Below are positions 57,906 through 64,000 of a stretch of DNA of 64,000 nucleotides, piece after piece. A program made the translations under genes and the position numbers. Under the pieces are notes generated by a model. The model made no database searches and was not told where the DNA came from. It saw only the letters and a list, made by a program, of their open reading frames with translations. The first letter of the stretch is position 1. Every line of letters begins with the position of its first letter. The DNA is from Pseudomonadota bacterium. GTDB taxonomy: Bacteria; Pseudomonadota; Gammaproteobacteria; Acidiferrobacterales; Acidiferrobacteraceae. Where the stretch lies: NCBI GenBank assembly GCA_021841585.1, contig JAKBUS010000003.1:3664-67663 (forward strand), read 5' to 3'.

Positions 57906-59000
57906 TTAGAGCGCTTGGGGGTAGGAGCCAAGGCGCCGCACGACCCCCCCGCGCCGTTCGAGTTCGGCCAGCGCCTGCTCGATCGCCGGGTCCTTCTCGT
58001 GGCCCGCGATATCCACGAAAAACACGTACTCCCACAAGGCCCGCCGTGCCGGGCGCGACTCGATACGCAGCAGGCTTATGCCGCGCCGCGCGAACGGTTC
58101 GAGCAGCGCGTGCAGGGAACCCGGGGTATGGGGGGCGGTCAGCAAAAGGCTGGTCTTGTCCTGCCCGCTCGGCCCCACGGCATGCCGGCCGATCACGAAA
58201 AACCGCGTGGCGTTGTCGGGGGTGTCCTCGATGTTCGCCGCCAGGATCGGCAGGCCCCAGTGGGCGGCGGCCTCGCGCGAGGCGATCGCCGCCAGCTGCG
58301 GTTCCGAGGCCGCGCGCCGCGCCGCCTCGGCATTGTTCGATACCGCCACCTCCTCGCAATGGGGGAGATGCCGCTCTATCCACCCGCGGCACTGGGCCAG
58401 GGCCTGGGGATGGGCGGCGACGCGCTCGATGTCAGCGAGATCAGGCGCGCGCGACAGCAATTGATGATGGACCCGCAACACCACCTCGCCCACGATCACG
58501 AGCGGCGAATGCATGAGCAGGTCGTGAGTATGATTGACGATCCCCTCCGCCGAATTCTCCACCGGCACGACCCCGAAGTCGGCGGTCTTGGCAGTGACTG
58601 CGCGGAACACCTCGGCGATAGTGGTCTGCGGCAACGCCGTCACCGCGCCCCCGAAATGCTTGCGCAAGGCGCCTTCGGTAAAACTCCCCTCGGGCCCGAA
58701 ATACGCCACCGTCAAGGTCTGCTCGAGGGCCAGACACGATGCCATGATCTCCCGGAAGATGCGCAACACATCCTCTTCGGGCAGCGGTCCCTGGTGGCGC
58801 GCGCGCACGCGGGCCAGCACCTGCCGCTCACGCTCCGGGCGATAGAATACCGTATCACCACAGGCCTCCTTGACGCGCGCGATCTGCTGCGCGGTCCGCG
58901 CGCGGTCCGCGAGCAGGGCCTGGATCTGTTCGTCTAAGGCATCGATGCGGGCGCGGTGCTCGTCCAGCCGCCACTCGGGATCGTCGGGACGCTCGGACAT
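57906..59000 (-). CDS. pheA: Bifunctional chorismate mutase/prephenate dehydratase (P-protein)
   Basis: N-terminal CM domain (LDEHRARIDALDEQIQALLADRA), a PDT domain (VAYFGPEGSFTE ... TRFFVIG) and a C-terminal ACT domain. Confidence 0.9.
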   Translation of the reverse strand: MSERPDDPEWRLDEHRARIDALDEQIQALLADRARTAQQIARVKEACGDTVFYRPERERQVLARVRARHQGPLPEEDVLRIFREIMASCLALEQTLTVAYFGPEGSFTEGALRKHFGGAVTALPQTTIAEVFRAVTAKTADFGVVPVENSAEGIVNHTHDLLMHSPLVIVGEVVLRVHHQLLSRAPDLADIERVAAHPQALAQCRGWIERHLPHCEEVAVSNNAEAARRAASEPQLAAIASREAAAHWGLPILAANIEDTPDNATRFFVIGRHAVGPSGQDKTSLLLTAPHTPGSLHALLEPFARRGISLLRIESRPARRALWEYVFFVDIAGHEKDPAIEQALAELERRGGVVRRLGSYPQAL

Positions 59001-59004
59001 GGCT

Positions 59005-60174
59005 TCAGGCCGAGATCCTGCGCGCCGACATCACGCCCGGGATGGCCGCGATCTCGTTATACACGGCGTCGGGAAGCGCGCTGTCGAGATCGACAAGCGT
59101 ATAGGCGAGATCGCCGCGCGATTTATTGACGAGGTTATGGATATTGAGTCCGGCGCGGGCCATGGCCGTCGAGATCTGCCCGACCATGTTGGGGACGTTG
59201 GCGTTGGCCACCACCAGCCGGCACACCCCTTCCCGCGCCACCACCACCTCGGGAAAATTCACCGCGTTGCGGATGTTGCCGTTCTCCAGAAAATCGCCCA
59301 GCTCTTCGGCCACCATGATCGCGCAATTGTCCTCGGCCTCGCGGGTCGACGCGCCCAAGTGCGGCAGCGCCACCACCTTAGGGTGGCCCTTTACGCGGTT
59401 GGTCGGGAAATCGCATAGATAGGCGTGCAGACGCCCGGCGTCGAGGGCCGCGACCACCACGTCATCGTCGACCACACCCTCGCGCGCGAAATTGAGCACC
59501 GTCGCCGTGGGCTTCAACAACCCCACGGTCTCGGCATTGATCATGTGGCGCGTGGCGTCCACCAGCGGCACGTGAAAGCTCACGAAGTCCGCCGCGCGCA
59601 GGAGCGCGGCGGCGCTGGCGGCCTTCTGGACCTCCGCCGATAGCTGCCATGCCCCCTCCACGGTCAGTTCGGGATCGAAGCCGATGACCCTCATGCCAAG
59701 CTGCAGGCCGGCATGCGCGACCAGCCGCCCGATCGCGCCCAGGCCCACGACCCCCAGTACCCGCCCCGGCAGCTCGAACCCGGCATAGGCCTTCTTGCCG
59801 GCCTCCACCGCGCGACTGATCTCAGCATCGCTCCCCTGAAGTCCTGCCGCAAACTCCCACGCCCCGCGCAGGTTGCGCGCGGCGATTAGGAGCCCGGCGA
59901 CCACCAACTCCTTCACGGCGTTGGCATTGGCGCCGGGGGCGTTGAAGACTGGTATGCCGCGCTGGCTTAACGCCGCCACCGGGATATTGTTCACCCCGGC
60001 CCCCGCGCGCCCCACGGCCTTGAGCCGCGCCGACAGCGGCATGTCGTGCATCTTGAACGAGCGCAGCATGATGGCATCCGCATCACCTACATCGGCGCCC
60101 ACCTGAAAACGCTCGGCATTGAAGCGCGCAAGGCCCAGCGGCGAAATCTGATTCAGCGTCTGGACCTTGAACAT
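59005..60174 (-). CDS. serA: D-3-phosphoglycerate dehydrogenase (with C-terminal ACT domain)
   Basis: [14 protein letters not shown] ... NAD motif VVGLGAIGRLVA ... ALPHLGASTREA. The ATG at 60174 forms an ATGA overlap with the serC stop. The longer ORF overlaps serC. Confidence 0.8.
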   Translation of the reverse strand: MFKVQTLNQISPLGLARFNAERFQVGADVGDADAIMLRSFKMHDMPLSARLKAVGRAGAGVNNIPVAALSQRGIPVFNAPGANANAVKELVVAGLLIAARNLRGAWEFAAGLQGSDAEISRAVEAGKKAYAGFELPGRVLGVVGLGAIGRLVAHAGLQLGMRVIGFDPELTVEGAWQLSAEVQKAASAAALLRAADFVSFHVPLVDATRHMINAETVGLLKPTATVLNFAREGVVDDDVVVAALDAGRLHAYLCDFPTNRVKGHPKVVALPHLGASTREAEDNCAIMVAEELGDFLENGNIRNAVNFPEVVVAREGVCRLVVANANVPNMVGQISTAMARAGLNIHNLVNKSRGDLAYTLVDLDSALPDAVYNEIAAIPGVMSARRISA

Positions 60175-61242
60175 CAGCCGTGTCTCCGCGCGAAATCCCG
60201 CATGAAGTCGACGAGCGCCGCCACCCCTTCTTCCGGCATGGCGTTGTAGAGGCTTGCGCGCATGCCACCCACGGAACGGTGCCCCTTCAGCTGGAGCAGG
60301 CCCGCGGCCTTCGATTCCTTGAGAAATGCCTCGTCCAGCCCGGCGTCCTTGAGCGTGAACGGGATGTTCATCCACGACCGGCAGGTCTTGGCCACGGGGC
60401 AAACATAAAAGCCCCCTGAGCCTTCGATGGCATCATACAAAAGCCGCGCCTTGCGCTCGTTCACGTGCGCCATGCCGGCAAGGCCGCCCTGCTCCTTCAG
60501 CCAGTCGAAAACCAAACCAGCCATGTAGATGGGAAAGGTCGGCGGGGTGTTGTACATCGAATCGTTGTCGGCGTGGATGCGGTAATCGAGCATGACGGGC
60601 ATGCCCGGGAGCGCCTCGCCCAAAAGGTCCTCGCGCACGATCACCACGGTCAGGCCCGACGGCCCGATATTCTTCTGCGCACCCGCATAGATCAGGCCAA
60701 AACGGCTCACATCGACCGGCCGCGACAGGATGGTCGAGGACATGTCCGCCACCAGCGGTACCGCGCCCGCGTCGGGAACAAACGGGAACTCCACCCCACC
60801 TATGGTCTCGTTGGGGGTGTAATGGAGGTAGGCGGCCTGCGGGTCGAGCCGCCAGTCGCCGACCGCGGGGATGTCCGTGAAGCCGCTGGCCTCGCCGCTT
60901 GCCACGACATTCACCTCGCCAAAGCGCCGCGCCTCGGCAATGGCCTTCTTGGACCATTCGCCGGTATGAAGGTAATCGGCGCGACGCTTGCCGCGCAAAA
61001 GGTTGATCGGCACCATGGCGAACTGCAGGGATGCGCCGCCTTGAAGGAACAGGACCTTATAAGAATCCGGGATACCCATGAGCGCGCGCAGGGAGGCCTC
61101 GGCGCGCGCGGCGATATCCATAAACTCCTTGCCCCGGTGGCTCATCTCCATGACCGACATGCCGCAGCCATGCCAGTCGACGAGCTCCTCCTGGGCCTTG
61201 CGCAGCACCGCCTGCGGCATGACCGCGGGCCCCGCCCCGAAA

Positions 61243-61259
<17 letters not shown>
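60174..61259 (-). CDS. serC: Phosphoserine aminotransferase
   Basis: [19 protein letters not shown] ... [18 protein letters not shown] (PLP-Lys). The start is taken at 61259, overlapping the gyrA 3' end by 17 nt. Confidence 0.9.
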
Positions 61260-63852
<2,593 letters not shown>

Positions 63853-64000
63853 CGGGTTTGGGCCGCGCTGCGGCCTTGGGACCTCTATCAGGAGCCTTCA
63901 AAAGTGGTCGCCTAGCATACCATAAAGGGACTTTGCGCCAAAGCCGCGGCGGGCAGACGCTGCCGCCTTGCAAGTCCGGTGGCGCACCGGCACCACTAAC

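Noticed and set aside
57915-58937. 340-aa plus-strand ORF
   Set aside because: It is antisense to pheA, with the same compositional signature. The same judgement applies to 25107..26066 (antisense to mfd), 10196..11059 (antisense to the Wzz-like gene), 2712..3722 and 3786..4649 (antisense to the ligase), 4858..5823 (antisense to asnB), 1728..2492 (antisense to the nadE-like gene), 30004..30756 (antisense to mtnP) and 47826..48794 (antisense to hldD).

Overview
This is a high-GC, densely coding proteobacterial chromosome segment with most genes on the minus strand. I found no rRNA, tRNA, CRISPR array or intact mobile element.

Layout, left to right:
1. 1-13.6 kb: the distal part of an exosortase/PEP-CTERM-type exopolysaccharide (EPS) locus. 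It holds the priming sugar transferase, Wza-like exporter, Wzz-like co-polymerase, BY-kinase-like ATPase, dedicated outer-membrane barrel and ExeA-like ATPase. These are followed by an unusual tailoring cassette: AsnB amidotransferase, adenylating ligase, carrier protein, NadE-like PP-loop enzyme, hexapeptide acyltransferase and flippase.
2. 13.6-27.4 kb: an EamA transporter with a very His-rich tail, then housekeeping genes (rarA, lolA, ftsK, ald, trxB, smr, ispF, ispD, carD, mfd).
3. 27.4-28.8 kb: a short, visibly more AT-rich island containing only the decayed C-terminal third of an IS605-family tnpB.
4. 28.8-35.1 kb: def, a CsiV-like protein, mtnP, hpt, galU, two DsrE-like proteins, an SDR and a minimal SodC-like periplasmic protein.
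5. 35.2-40.8 kb: cbbR divergent from a form II RuBisCO operon, cbbM-cbbQ-cbbO.
6. 40.9-49.6 kb: a glycan/LPS cluster (WbpM-like dehydratase, WbpL/WecA-like GT4, GT2, epimerase, ABC exporter, hldD, kinase-only hldA).
7. 49.6-63.9 kb: pyrF, lapB, lapA and the conserved gyrA-serC-serA-pheA-hisC-tyrA-aroA-cmk-rpsA-ihfB block.

The best candidates for new biology are the EPS tailoring cassette, the apparently inactive BY-kinase homologue, the His-rich EamA transporter, the Zn-loop-less SodC-like protein and the tnpB remnant with its flanking structured DNA.

All family assignments come from motif recognition by eye; no searches were run. Start codons are often uncertain by tens of nucleotides. The many long ORFs antisense to clear genes are treated as high-GC artefacts.
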